From NCBI GenBank assembly GCA_051294905.1, contig CM119371.1, positions 41,356,001 to 41,420,000 of the forward strand: a stretch of DNA of 64,000 nucleotides, in the 5' to 3' direction. Below, one piece after another: positions 34,050 through 47,200 of this stretch. Every line of letters starts with the position of its first letter. Positions within the stretch are counted from its first letter, which is position 1. A program made the translations under genes and the position numbers. The stretch is from Botryllus schlosseri (taxonomy: Eukaryota). A model generated the notes under the pieces. That model was given only the letters and a program-made list of their open reading frames with translations. It was not told the DNA's origin and ran no database searches.

Positions 34050-34526
34050 CTCTTCACGAGATCCTCGTCTAAAGGAAACATCTACTTACCCCCACCCAAT
34101 AGCAACCTAACTAAGAGATCTATCGACTACTCGGGACCTATCATCTGGAATGCATTACCACCACATATCCGTGAATTGCCTTATAATAGATTCAAAAAAG
34201 CCCTACTTTATCACCTCTTGTCGTTACACTAACACTGTTGCCCTACCTCGCCCAGACATTGCTTCATTGATCATTTGCCACCATTGTTTAAGTTTTTTTC
34301 TATTTTCCTTTAACTAAACATTTCTTTACAGCCAGACTGTTCAGAGTCAAGTGTACCTGTTTGATGCTGGTGTGATCAGACTAGATGACCTTCACGGTCT
34401 TATCGATCATTCCTATCTAATACCGAATACTGTGCACGCATATTTTCTGTACCACCATCACTGCCGTTTGTTATGTATTTTGGTTCGATGAAAATAAAGA
34501 CTCTCTCTCTCTCTCTCTCTCTCTCT
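34050..34526 (+). mobile_element. 5'-truncated L2/CR1-group LINE 3' end with (CT)n tail
   Basis: TRSSSKGNIYLPPPNSNLTKRSIDYSGPIIWNALPPHIRELPYNRFKKALL, then a 3' UTR, AATAAAGA and (CT)n. Confidence 0.85.
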
Positions 34527-35396
34527 TGTTACGTGCACTGTAGTTATCACACGCTACTGCAAACTTCATAATAGGTCGACAAAAATGCTGCTCCAGTCGA
34601 CGGTGAAAAATTTGAAACTGGAAAATCTGTAAAGCTTCAGCTAACATGCGACTTTACGAAGTGTGCTACCAAATAAAACCTCTCTGAAGTCACCAACCTC
34701 CCTCAGCACTACCAATAAATCTAATCACGTAGATTGGGAGAAGATGAAAAATTAAAAGCACTATACGCAATTACCAATATTATAGACAAAATGCAATCAC
34801 GAATGTGGTCGGTTTCCGCGCTACGTGCGACTACTAATACATATAGCCTACACAGAATCCCTTGTGCAGTAAAATGTGCCAGATCTGGTGGTGGTTAAAA
34901 GGCCCGTCGTGAAGGGGATACGCCCCCTAGAAGTTTGGTTTAAGACCCTATGGGGGTGGGGCAAGACCAACGTTTTTGGGGGGAGGGGACGCTGACGAAG
35001 CACCGTTTCGACTCTGGGTATGTGGGACATGCAGATTGCAATATTCGGCGTTTGATATGGCCTAAGTTATTGATCACGATAATTGGATGATGTGCAGCCC
35101 AGATTTTCGAGCGTGAAGTGATAATTAGTATTTGACGACTCGCAAAAGAGTCATCGAATTTTCTAATGATATACGCTTGCTAGTCCGCACAGTATGTGAA
35201 AATGATATGACTCAACCTTCGGTTACGATAGGCTCGGGAGTTCGTGACAATATTGCTTTGGATGTTACTTTGCCCATACGAAAGTATAAGGTACCACGCG
35301 CTGACACATCGGAAGTAGCAACGTAATCAGTGTTATGATGAAGTTTAACAGCGCTATTCTTCCGACACGCGTAATCTACACCCGTGGTTTGGGATC

Positions 35397-35452
35397 ATAG
35401 ATTTACTGGATAGATTACTGGATTACTGGATAGATTTACTGGATTTACTGGA
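35397..35452. repeat. Short tandem repeat (GATT[T]ACTG[GATA]) x5
   Basis: Directly visible imperfect tandem units. Confidence 0.8.
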
Positions 35453-37297
35453 AAGAGTTCAGGGATCAGGGTACCAGAGATCAGGGAAACGAGGTACTTA
35501 TTGCGCAGACTATAGAGCACGCGTGATAATGTTGCTTTCTTCTGATACTAGGAAACTGTGCGCATAGCGATTACGGTTGGCGACTATAATTTAGAGTCGA
35601 ATTTAGTAAGTAGGCCTACATGAAATACCGAAAAGGTTAGCATAGATAATTACCTGCCATTTCACGTCGATAGCGCTATTTTCTAGTAAAGGTAAAGAAC
35701 CTGAATATAAGTGTTTCTCAACCTGGGCTCCACCCCCCGGGGGGCGATTTGAATGTTGAAGGGGACGGAAACGCTCAGGGGTGATATCGGGGGGCGCTGG
35801 TCTGAGGGGGCGGTATCGGGGTGCTGACGAAAATGTACTATAAGGACATATTATTTTATAGTAGAACAATAGTTTTATATATTCCTCAATTTTCATTGAA
35901 AATTACCATTGGAAAAAAATCTGTCAAATCTTTAAACTTTTCGTCGCGCTCTGCGCGAAATATACACCCAGAATGTCTGCAACATGTTTCCAATAAGCAA
36001 CGGTTCATTATAATTCATGCAAAATGAATTGTGCGTACTCTTAGATCGCCTATTTCCCGTTAAAACACTTCCGCCACGCTATCTCGGGTTATATTCCTCA
36101 AAATGCTTCGATCTGAGTGTTTTATCCTGCGGCGCAGAGCGTGTCGAAATCAAAGAGAGAGTTGCTGTACCACTTCTGAGAGTAAGAGCCCTTTGTGCAT
36201 CTAAAAAGCTTTGAAGATTCTTGGCAAAAATGATTAACCGAATGCACTTCTATCTGAGAGCTACAAAATTAAATCTTCAGAATATTTATTCATCGTATCG
36301 TAAAAAATGATACCGTACAGAGTTGTGATCCACAACCTCACATTAACGATAAATAATATGGGTTGCTTTGTTTGGAATACATTCATGTTAAAGTTAATAA
36401 CTGCGTGCAGCACTAAATTCAATGTGCGCTACGATCTCTACCACTTTCTCAGTTGATTTAAGTTACACGAAGCAATAAAACAAAACCCTATGCAATGAAC
36501 TTCGCCGTGTATTGCCAATCGCAGAGGTGAATTCGGGATGTGTAGGCTACATCGGACTCGGATCAGATGGTAGGAGCATGTACCAGATGGTTGCTATAAC
36601 AACCTTGATTTGATGCTTAATATAGCACATATTGCAATTATTATAACGATAATTTTTCGAGTGGTCCTCGGGTGCGATTGAAGCGCTAAATATTTCCAAT
36701 CGTGTAAAGTCCTAACTCGAAAAGACCGACCTTTTACTTCGACCTTTTACTCATTTTTTACTACAAACCTTAAAATAAGGTGGGACGCCAGACCTACGCA
36801 ATTTTTGAAAAGAGACGCTGCACGAAAAAACGTCAAGAACCACTGCTGTGTACATCAATGGCCTTTTAGGCCCTTTGTTAACTCGGGACTTGGAGAACAT
36901 GAGCATTTTGTGACCATAATAACGCACCATCAATCACTTTATGTAGTACATTCGTATTAGACTTGACTTCAATAGGAAGCTCAGATTTAAAACCAAGAAT
37001 AGCAATGTCATTTTAGTCGATCTTTGCTAGTTTTCTGATATCGACACGGGCTGGGCAATCGGAATCGGGTATTGGGCTTCAAGTCGAGTCGGGTATTCGA
37101 GTTTCGCTCATGATGACGTCACACCAGTATGATTGATGTGGATAGTTGAAATATATACCTTTTATGTCCCCGAAAATATTATACAGCCAGTTCTACAATA
37201 CATTAAAGATCATTTGATATTTTTCGCCCATACCTATTTCATTGCACTCTATGATAATGATCTGGGATGATTACTACTTCAATGCTATGGGTTGATC

Positions 37298-37862
37298 CAG
37301 AGTTGCAACCAATAAGTCACAAGGTTCCGAGTCACAGGTCAATCTCACTTTTTTAGTTCTGAATCGACACAAGTTGAGTCATTTTCAATTCATCACCGAG
37401 TCAAGTCCGAGTCCAAGTCAGTGAGTAGAGAGTCGAGTCGAGTCAAGTCATAGTATCGTGACTCGAGTCCGAGTCCACGTCATTGTGCTCATTGTTCAGT
37501 TTTGAGTTCAATCCGGTTTAAACCACGTTTTTCAACTCGAGTGATATAATGACTCGCATTCATAATACTGTAATTTTCGTCGGTCCTAACAGTTTCTGGT
37601 GCTATTTCGAAGTATCAGGACTGATAGACGAAATACCAATAATGTGGTGACTTTACAATTCTTCGAAGTCACAATGAAATGTCTGTCTTGGCCGTACTAG
37701 TCTCGAGTCATGTGACTTGGTTCGAGTCATGCACATTGACACTAGTACAAGCCGAGTCAGTACACAAATGGACTCGAGTCGAGCCATTTTACGCATTTGA
37801 AAAAAATGACTCGAGTCAAGACGAGTCACCAAAAAATCGTGACTCGAGTCATTACAACCCTG
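37298..37862. mobile_element. hAT-type MITE with GAGTC/AAGTC arrays (CAG[A/G]GTTG[C/T]AA family)
   Basis: CAGAGTTGCAA / TTACAACCCTG termini, TSD GGTTGATC/TGTTGATC. Relatives at about 18222-18490, 45617-46139 and 46756-47234. Confidence 0.7.
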
Positions 37863-38289
37863 TGTTGATCACTACTTCACTGAAATGTCATCTTCACTAA
37901 GCTGCGTAACTCATATTACTAGGGGCTTTATATGCTGTCATGTACGGCCTACAGTCATCAACCGTCGACAATACTGTTGAAACTATAATTCTCATTGATT
38001 TAACAGTTTTTAGTGTCACGAATCGTACAATTTCAGTGCTCGAACAAATTATCTATCACTATTCGACACGAATAATTAGAATTATTACTCGATTAGGATT
38101 CGGACGAATAGAAGTTAAATAACAGGTTCGGAACCGCAAGAGCCACCACCTACGGAAATATTATTGTGAATAATTGTTGCATTGCTGTATTCAGCGCCGG
38201 CTCGCATAAAGCTGAATGTTGACATATGTCACTCTAATAAATTACAGAACGATAGAGGTAATCAGTTGGAGCGGTGAAATACGACTGGC

Positions 38290-41200
38290 ATGGACTTGTT
38301 GTTTGGAGCCTTTGCTGTTATTTGCCTGATCCCAAGTACCTCTTCCGCCGTTGCCAATTGTATTGAGGGTTGCGACACACTGGCACCTTTACCCGATGGG
38401 ACTGTTGAAGACGGCGTCAAAGATAGTGGTGTACTTTTGCCGCCCCGCACACTTCAAAATAAGTCCATTATAACTCATACCACCACAGAAGCACCGATAA
38501 CGAATTCTGAGCTGTTTACGGAAGACTTATATCCCACATCCGCAGATATGGTTGACGATGAAGATGATGCAGCGACACTCGAACTGACTTCGACCACAAC
38601 CATCACAACTACTAGGCCTACCCCAATCAAGCCAACTAGCAGGACCACAACCACCCCCACGGACAGAACCGAGACCATGAGTACCAGCAGTCAAAGTATG
38701 CATAATAAATATATATATACCGGCAGCTAGAAAAAATTATTTATCAGATTTTGCAGCGACTACCAAAGCTAGAGTCAAATTAGCAGTTTCTCGCCATTGA
38801 AAAGTGGAATTTGTGTTCTCTTACCCGCAGTCCCGTATATACAAAACTGCAGTTTCATAGGATTTTACTAACTGAAATCCCAGCATACATTATGAATCGC
38901 AATTAAAGAACTCATTTATCAACAGCAGCATTTTAAAGGGGCGCTTCGCTCTAAATATGATGTGGTCTCGAATGAAAGATGAAATCGGGAAAAAAAAATT
39001 GGCCGTAGCCATTTTCTTTAGAGATCCAAATATTTCTATGGTTTCGCGGCTGCGAGTCGCCGCTGCTTAACCTGTTGCGAAATCGTTGGCATGATATTTT
39101 CCTATTCAAGGTGCAATGCGAGTCCGTGCTGTTGCATCATCAGTAAGTGACGTATCATATCTTTTCCACGCACTACCTAAAGAAACGGTGGGAGTAGATT
39201 ATGGAGGTCGCGTCGAGAAACTGGGTCGAGCAAGTGCAAGCAATGGCATCGTGCCAGCAATTTCGCAACGGATCAAGCAGCGGAGACGCGCACAGAGATG
39301 AGCTGATTGGAAATTTCCATGTCCTAATCCAATCCAAATCCGAAAGTTCAAATCCTAATCCTAGTCCTAATCGAGAAAATTTATATATTTCAATCCTAAT
39401 CCTAATCCGACAAACTTAGAATTCCTCTTAGAAAGCCTACATCTTATGCCTATGATTCTGTAAAAAAAATCGCATAATGAGTGCCAAAGGACACGAGGTA
39501 CCTTTCATAGGACGAAAAACTTTGTCGGCATTCGCCATTCGCCATCTTTCCGAAAATGATGAAAATATTGATAAACTGATACTGAATCGGTAAATGCAAT
39601 CCTAATCCCAATCAATAAAAAAAAATCTGAAATCCTAATCCAATCCTAATCCCACAAAATTTCACAAATCCGGTTTTTCCAAGTCCGAATCCTAATCCAT
39701 GTTCATCTCTGGACGCGCAGCCGCGCAACCGTAGAACTTTATTTATTCAACTGGCGTAGAATGGGGATGGTTAGAGTTTTCTTTTAGCTGCAGTTCCATT
39801 AGGGTGGATTTCTGAAGAAAATGGCTGCGGCCAACTTTTTTCCGATTTTATCTTTCATTTGAGACCGCGTCATAATTGGAGCGCAGTCTTCCTTTAAATA
39901 AGAGTCATTGGAAACGAATGACTAGGAAAGCAATTATCAGCTGATACATTAGGACCTGATTTAGTCTGGCCCATTGCATCAGGTGATAGTTCCGCTGAAT
40001 TCCTGATCCATCATCTTGAATCGAAATTATTTTAAGGCAGCAGTCCAGTCTCGATCAGCTCGACAATCAGTAACGTGATCAAGACCTGCGTGCCACCTTG
40101 TCGACAGGCCTTTTCTACATGTTACAACTCTGCCGAACGATATTATTGTGGCTGCATGGCAGAATACTTCGAACTCGTGGATTCAAATGGTGCATTTCAA
40201 TGTGGAAGTAAGTGACTATGATTGGTTCAGAGCAGGGTTTATATTTATGAGGATAGGCCGTATATACAACATTTTTATCGTACTTATCCTTTGATATCAA
40301 CCTAGAAACCCATCGATTTCGCTTCATCGGCACTGACTTATAGATGATGTTTCCCTACGTGAGCTATCATACACAGTATCGTATTACAATCGTTTAAATT
40401 TACGTATACGCCATCTGCTATCTTATCTATACTGCTAGATATGAAGCGTAAGATCTATTCATAAAACTACCATTTGCAGAGCGCTTGCTTTTGAAGCAAA
40501 AGTTCGGATTACCGTACAAAGAAGAGTACGCAAACACTAGCTCTACAGAATTCCGAAGAATCGCCGATAACATAACTAAAATCGTCAAAAGAGCGTACGG
40601 AGAAATGCCCACCACGGTCAATGTCAAGAAGATCACCCAGGGCTCGGTTGTAGTCTGGTACGAAACCATGCCCGCGAACGGCAGAGAACTTTCTCAGAAA
40701 GACATTCAAAGCTTTCACGCCATGGCCGTCAAATCCAATAATTATGGCTTAGGAAATATATCCATCGACGCACCAGAGATAGGTAAGGAATTCTGCATAA
40801 AGGAAGGTGGCACTGAAATCCCATCATTTCATGATGGTATATTAAACCGTATGGTGGGGAATTTCTGCTGACTCTGTTACTGAGTATTCAAAACTAGGTT
40901 CAGTTCGGTGGACTAGTAATTTTTATTAGTTCAATACGCACCACAAAATTTCCATACAATGAAAAGATAAGAAGGTGTCCACACGACTTGGTCGAAGTCT
41001 TAGGAATCAGACACCCACCTGGACCTAGGCGATGTTAAGAGGAGGCATTGCACACTGAATAGAAAGTAAAACAAGATAGTATAGAAAAAGCAAGCGACAA
41101 AAATGGGGTGGCATGTCAGGGAAGGAGAGATTGATAGGTCAGGTCGTGGTCCAGGGATCTTGAGGGTGGACTAGTATTCACTACCCTCTTCAATTCCGAG

Positions 41201-44200
41201 TTATAGTTAATTCGTCTCAGATACTAGTAGCGCATACACGCTCTCGATCAAGTCATCAATCAGTAAGTAATCATGCATGATTTAGAAACTAACGGCTGAA
41301 TGAGCACGAGTTTCAAGCTGTTGCTCACACCTCGAATAGGCCGGTGTTGCAATACGCTGATGCTGGGAATTTATTGCATATTAGTCCGAGCAAAATGTTG
41401 GTTATTGTTTCGGAGAATTTCTTCGGTTAGGAACGTTCGTCTTCGTCCATCTGCGATATCATATCATCACGCCGACTATAGGCTTAGATGTTTGGTCAAG
41501 ATACGAGTTTTTAATGTCTGTTTTTGGGCAAAACCAGACCTAGAACACTTACGTTTTTACTTACTTAAAATAGCTAGTTCTACTTGTAGTTAAGTAGAAA
41601 TTTACGGTGTTGCTTTTACTTCTACTTGAGCACCAACGATACTTACTTTAACCACCTTTGGGTGAAAATATATGCATCATCATCTATCATCAAAATTGTC
41701 CCCATGACATAAATGGCCGATATAGTAAAAAGCAAATCTCATTCCTTAGGAAAAGTGAAGTCGTGGAATGATAACATATCGATAGAGCCAGATCAGTTAT
41801 TTCTAAAAAAAATCTATTTTTTTGTATTGCCTCATTCGTAAATATTTTATGTATTCAGTGACAGCCCCTCACATCTGTTTGCCCGATACGGTAAAGACCG
41901 ATACGATTGAAGGGTTGCGAATTTGGAATTTCGGTGAAAGCAATCCGGGGGATTGGGTTCGCTCGAAAGAAAACTGCGATGACGACGGTAATTATATATA
42001 GTATCGCACAACTCACACTCAAGGCTTATGCAATTTCCCCAATCAGCGACATGTACTCGCCGTGATTCCTATCACATTATAGTCTAGATTAGGGGTGACC
42101 AATTATTTTATCTGTCGGGCCAAATGTGAAGCAGAAAATACGTTGAAGTGCCGTGATAAAGCTTAGATTATGCTCTGCGGCGTGCAATTCTATTTCTAAA
42201 TTAAAAGCAGTTAATTATATTGTGACCACATGTTGCTAAGTGGATGCGCTAATATTAGGCTGTGTCACTAGCTCTGTGTGACTTGGTAAAAAGGCCTTGC
42301 CGTTTTGTCCGCATCAGACGCATGTATATATTCACTGCATGATTATTCTCATAATGCCGACTCAAATTATATTCCTAAAACACGAAGACGTGCTCGGTAC
42401 TCGCCATAAACTAAAAAAGACCGGTTCACGGCTGACTTCAGTAAACTAATATTTAGTGCTCCAAATCTTGTGGAAATTTCGGCCTTCAGCCACATCTTTC
42501 ATTGCCTGACATAACGTCGTTTGTGAGTGAGGATAGCCGCTAATCATGTGCAATGCACTGATTGCATCATTTACGAATTAGGATTTGGAAACGTATGACG
42601 TAACAGTTTGAAGCACATTCCTGGCCACAAACAAGATTTGTACTTGAATATGGAAACAGTGACGAAAAAGCTAAATTTATTGACGAAATCGTTGAATATA
42701 TACATATTCTTTTTCGTGTTAGGAAAATGCATGCCAGTACACAGAAGATTCGCTCACTGACGTCATGACTACTATCAGAACTATATCTTCCAAATATAAG
42801 GAATCGACCACCGCCGACGTGGATAAATTTATCGATCTTTATTATAGCATTTCGCAGGACGTTAAACAAGATGAAACTAAGGTAAGCAAGTCTGTAATTG
42901 AAGAGCTGAATAAATTGATGACATCCGCTAAATTAGAAAGTTTGTCACTTATCGAACAGGAGAGCTGATCATAAGCCTGCACACCTCAGACCATCCGATA
43001 CCCTACTCCATACACCCGCTTGTATAAGTTGCAGGGTATTGTCTGCCTCTCATTGGTATTTTGGGAGAAAATGATCAAGAAAATCTGATCTCAGGTTTCA
43101 GAATTAGCAATGTACAATATCATATGGGCGACGGATAATCTACGCAAGGCTGTGCACCGTACTGTGGGAGATCAACTTGAGAAAGCCGAAAGTACAAAAC
43201 TGATCAGATCCTTGGGAATCTTTGCGGACAACATTGCGCTAACACAGAATCTTTTGGATATCACGTCATCGTCGGTGAAATTTCTGGTGAGTATATAACC
43301 ATTTTGACATGATACCTGAGCACTTGGTAGCAGACACGACTCACTGTCCTTGGGTTAACGATAAACATTGGTCTCTCCAATCAAAAGCTACCGTCGTGAT
43401 GTTGAAATAAAATTAAAAAAACTACGGACTTCCGTATCGCTGTTTCATAAATCATTGATTCAAACTTTTCACTGAGCAAGATTGCTGTTGATTCTTTTTC
43501 GTTATGGTGTTCGTATTGTCGGTATGATCAGCGTTCTAAGTTACTAGACCATAATCTAATATCGATTTCACTTTTCGACACACGCCACCTCATTTTTACC
43601 GCTTGTCCTTAAACTGTCATCTATTAGCCTACTCTTCATTCAGTGTGCATGCCTCTTCTTTGCGTCTCGGAACAGGTGGGCTTCGACACCCTCCTATTAT
43701 TTCATTGTATCGCAATCCTGTGGAGTTTTGATCTGATGAAATTATTAATAAACTGATACTGATATAACTCAAACCCTAAGCAATCAGTAGTACGGTAATT
43801 ACAAGTCAGCCTTACAACGCACTGATGAATACATTTCAAGCCATTTTGCATTGTCATCGAACTGTAGGCTCAAAAAGTCGACGGCCTATCATCGGTTGAA
43901 TTTACCGACGCGCCAGCCAGCGTTACCAAAGGAAATAGACGCAACATTACTGCTCGTGTGCCTTGGTCCGCGCTCGGAAAACAGAGAAATAGGTCGCGAA
44001 ATGCCGTGTTCATCCTGCATCAAGACGCGACACTCTTCCCGAATAGTGACGAAGAGAATTCGGAGATGAGTGAGGTAATTCATCCTTCAAAGCAGCATCG
44101 CAAGACTTTGATACAATATGATTAAGCAGAATTGAAAAGTCCGCACATCGTAAACTCACTTAGCCTATGTTTCCAAACTACAGCTAGACCAGTTCGAGAG

Positions 44201-47200
44201 TACAGCTACCTTTGGCTACAAAGTGTTTCATACTACGACTGCTTCATTACAACTGTCGGCATATAAATGTTTGGTAGTTGCTGTTGCTGACGATAATCCA
44301 TGACGAGTACCAGCCGAAAATACTCGGGTTTATTTTAATTAGTCTGTTGCTAATACGTGATAGCTTCATATATTGTTCAGGTACTCAGCATCCAGATTAC
44401 AAACACAACGCTACAAAACCTTCCGGAGCCCATCAGCATATCATTTCCGCTTTCCAAGCAGATATCCGGCAAAAACGAAGTCATGGTATCTTCGGTAACA
44501 TGAAACTTAATATCAACCTCGAGCTTCGTAGTTTTAACTATAATGATTATCAACAGGCGAGTGCAAGTGGATGCAGTTACAACACCCAGCGGTGTACATT
44601 TCTCGAAGTTGAAACTGGGAATTGGAAATATAGCGGCTGTGAAACGCAATACGGAGACACGCCGGAATATGTCACGTGTAGTTGTAATCACGCGACCAAT
44701 TTTGCTGTGTTAGTGGTAAGAAACTTTCATTATGACCATGAATTGTATGCAAGATAGAAATAATACTGCGACTACAAGTGAAATTTGGATTCAGAAAACA
44801 AACAACGTCCAAAACAGTTACGTCTTGCATATTGTCGGGAAGATTGGATGCACTTTGTCAATCGTTGGGTTGTTGTTGACGATTTTCACATACTTATATT
44901 TTAGGTAAGTCGTTTCTATGTTATTGACGCTAATTGGTCCGTCGATTTCATATTTCTGTAGCCGAATGATGCTACTTTACCGAATCAAAATTGTTGTAGT
45001 CGAGCTAAAAATGTTAGGAGTCATTATATTTTGACTAAAAAGTGAATCATTAAGTATTTTATGCCCATTTTGCCTAAAAAACTGAAAACTGTGCTATAGA
45101 AGTAAAAGCATTCATTACTGATCAGAGGTGTCCAAAATAGCCATCGTTGGCATTCAAGTAGAGGTGTAGAAGTAGCGTTGTAAATTTCCACTCAAGTACA
45201 AGTACATACTTCGAAGCAAGTAAAAAAGTAAATATTTTCGCCCTAGTTTTGCCTAAAATTCCGAAAGCTGTGCGAAGTAGAAGTAGAAGTAGAAATATTT
45301 CGCTACTGACCACCTCTGCTACTAATATTACACATATCGCATCTCCCACTTTTCTAGATTTTTAGAACAGATATATTTTCAGGTCTCTCCGAAAAAATAA
45401 GTTGAACCAGGTCCATTTACACCTGTGCTCCTCGTTGCTGGTCGGTTACCTGACATTTCTGGCCGGAGTGGAGAGACCGCGCGCTTACATTCCATGTCTC
45501 GTGGTTACTGCTGTCCTGCAATTCTCGTTCCTTTCAGCATGGGGGTGGATGATCACAGAATTTTACGTCATGTACAGGTTAGGGTTATGTTATACATGCT
45601 TGTGGTTGACTATACCCAGGATTGTAACCAAGTCGCAAGGTCCCGAGTCAAAAGTCAATATTACTCCTATAGTTTTTACTCGAGTCAAGTCGAGTCATTT
45701 CCAATTCCCCTCCGAGTCAAGTCCGAGTCCAAGCTATGAAACAGACGGTCGAGTCCGAGTCATAGTGTCGAGATTCGATTCTGAGTCATAATCAACGTGT
45801 TCACTGTTCAGTTTCGAGCTCAGGTCATGTTCTACCGATTTCTTTTGCAACTGTGCTTTGGTGACATCGAGTGCCTCGCATTTGTAATGCTGTGATTTTC
45901 TCACTCTTAACAGTTTAGGGTCCTATTTTAGTATAACTTCTAATAGACGAAATTAGAATAGTGTGGTAACTTTACTATGATTCGAAGTTACGATGAAATG
46001 CCTGTCTTGACCGTTTGAGTCTCGAGTCTTGGTCGACTAATCATGACTATAGGCATAGAGCACCAGTCAAATCAATACACGAATAGACTCATATCGACTC
46101 GACTCACAACAAAACGCGAATCGAGTCCTTGCAACCCTCACAAAAACTTAAATATAGTCAGGTCACTGATCGTTTCAATTTCGCTTATGGTTCGGTCCTA
46201 CATCCTTTTCCGGCGTCAGACGAAGGTCAAGTTACGCCAAGAGACACGCGGTCTATTTAATTTGGCATTCACGGCATGTTGCTGGTGCTTTACTTAGTAC
46301 CCTGTGAAACCAAAACACAATACCGTGTGCTTCTGGGAAATGCGAATGCTGAAGAAAACATCGCGTTTGTATTTCTGCTGAATATCGATATCTGTTGTAG
46401 GCCTACTACATCCGGGAATGGTCAATGCATTCAATGGCGTATCTAATTACATGGACAATTAAATAAGGAGCAAATTTGTAGTTGCGACGCGAGGTCCTTT
46501 CCAGCTCAACAAAGTTTAATAATATGACTCTCGCTAAATAAAAACGCCGGGATTTTGTCTAAATTATTCCGATATATAATGAGCAAATTCATCCTTGACA
46601 ATATAGTAGGGAAGAATAAGTACTTTAATTTCATGATTATTCGAGTTACGGTTTGCTTCAGTGCAAAATCAATATTTGGTAATCAAGTAGAGGAAAATTA
46701 GTTAAGCAGGCTAATGACTGGTTATCATCTAGGTTCAGCATTATAACCAAGTTTCAGGGTTCCGCTTCCGAGTCACAAGTAGAGTCTTACTTTTATAGTT
46801 TTGACTTCAGTCAAGTCGAGTCATACCACCGAGCCAAGTACAAGGGGACGAGTACGAGTCATATTGTTGAGACTCGAATACGAGTCCAAGTCATTGTGTT
46901 GAGTGTTCAGTGTTCACTATCGAGTTCAAGTCAGGTTTAACTCAGTCTTTTTTAATCTTTTTAGTGATATCCATGGCCTCTCATTCCTAATATACTAATT
47001 ATCTTTCTCTTAACTTGTTTTTTTTTCAAACAGAAAAAGACAGTTTTGTGACTATGGTTCAAGCATCAGTCCTGATACGCGAGACTTAATTCGTATATCA
47101 TATAGAATGTCTTGAGTCATGTGACTTGGTCGCGTCATGCGCAATGACTCGAGTGCATATTTCATTTTGAAGAAAACGACTCTCGTGTTAAGTCAAGTCC

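Noticed and set aside
44278..44757. 159-aa ORF from the track as a single GAIN exon
   Set aside because: It is an in-frame read-through of intron and off-frame exon sequence. The conserved frame is VLSIQITNTTLQNLPEP followed by a short intron.
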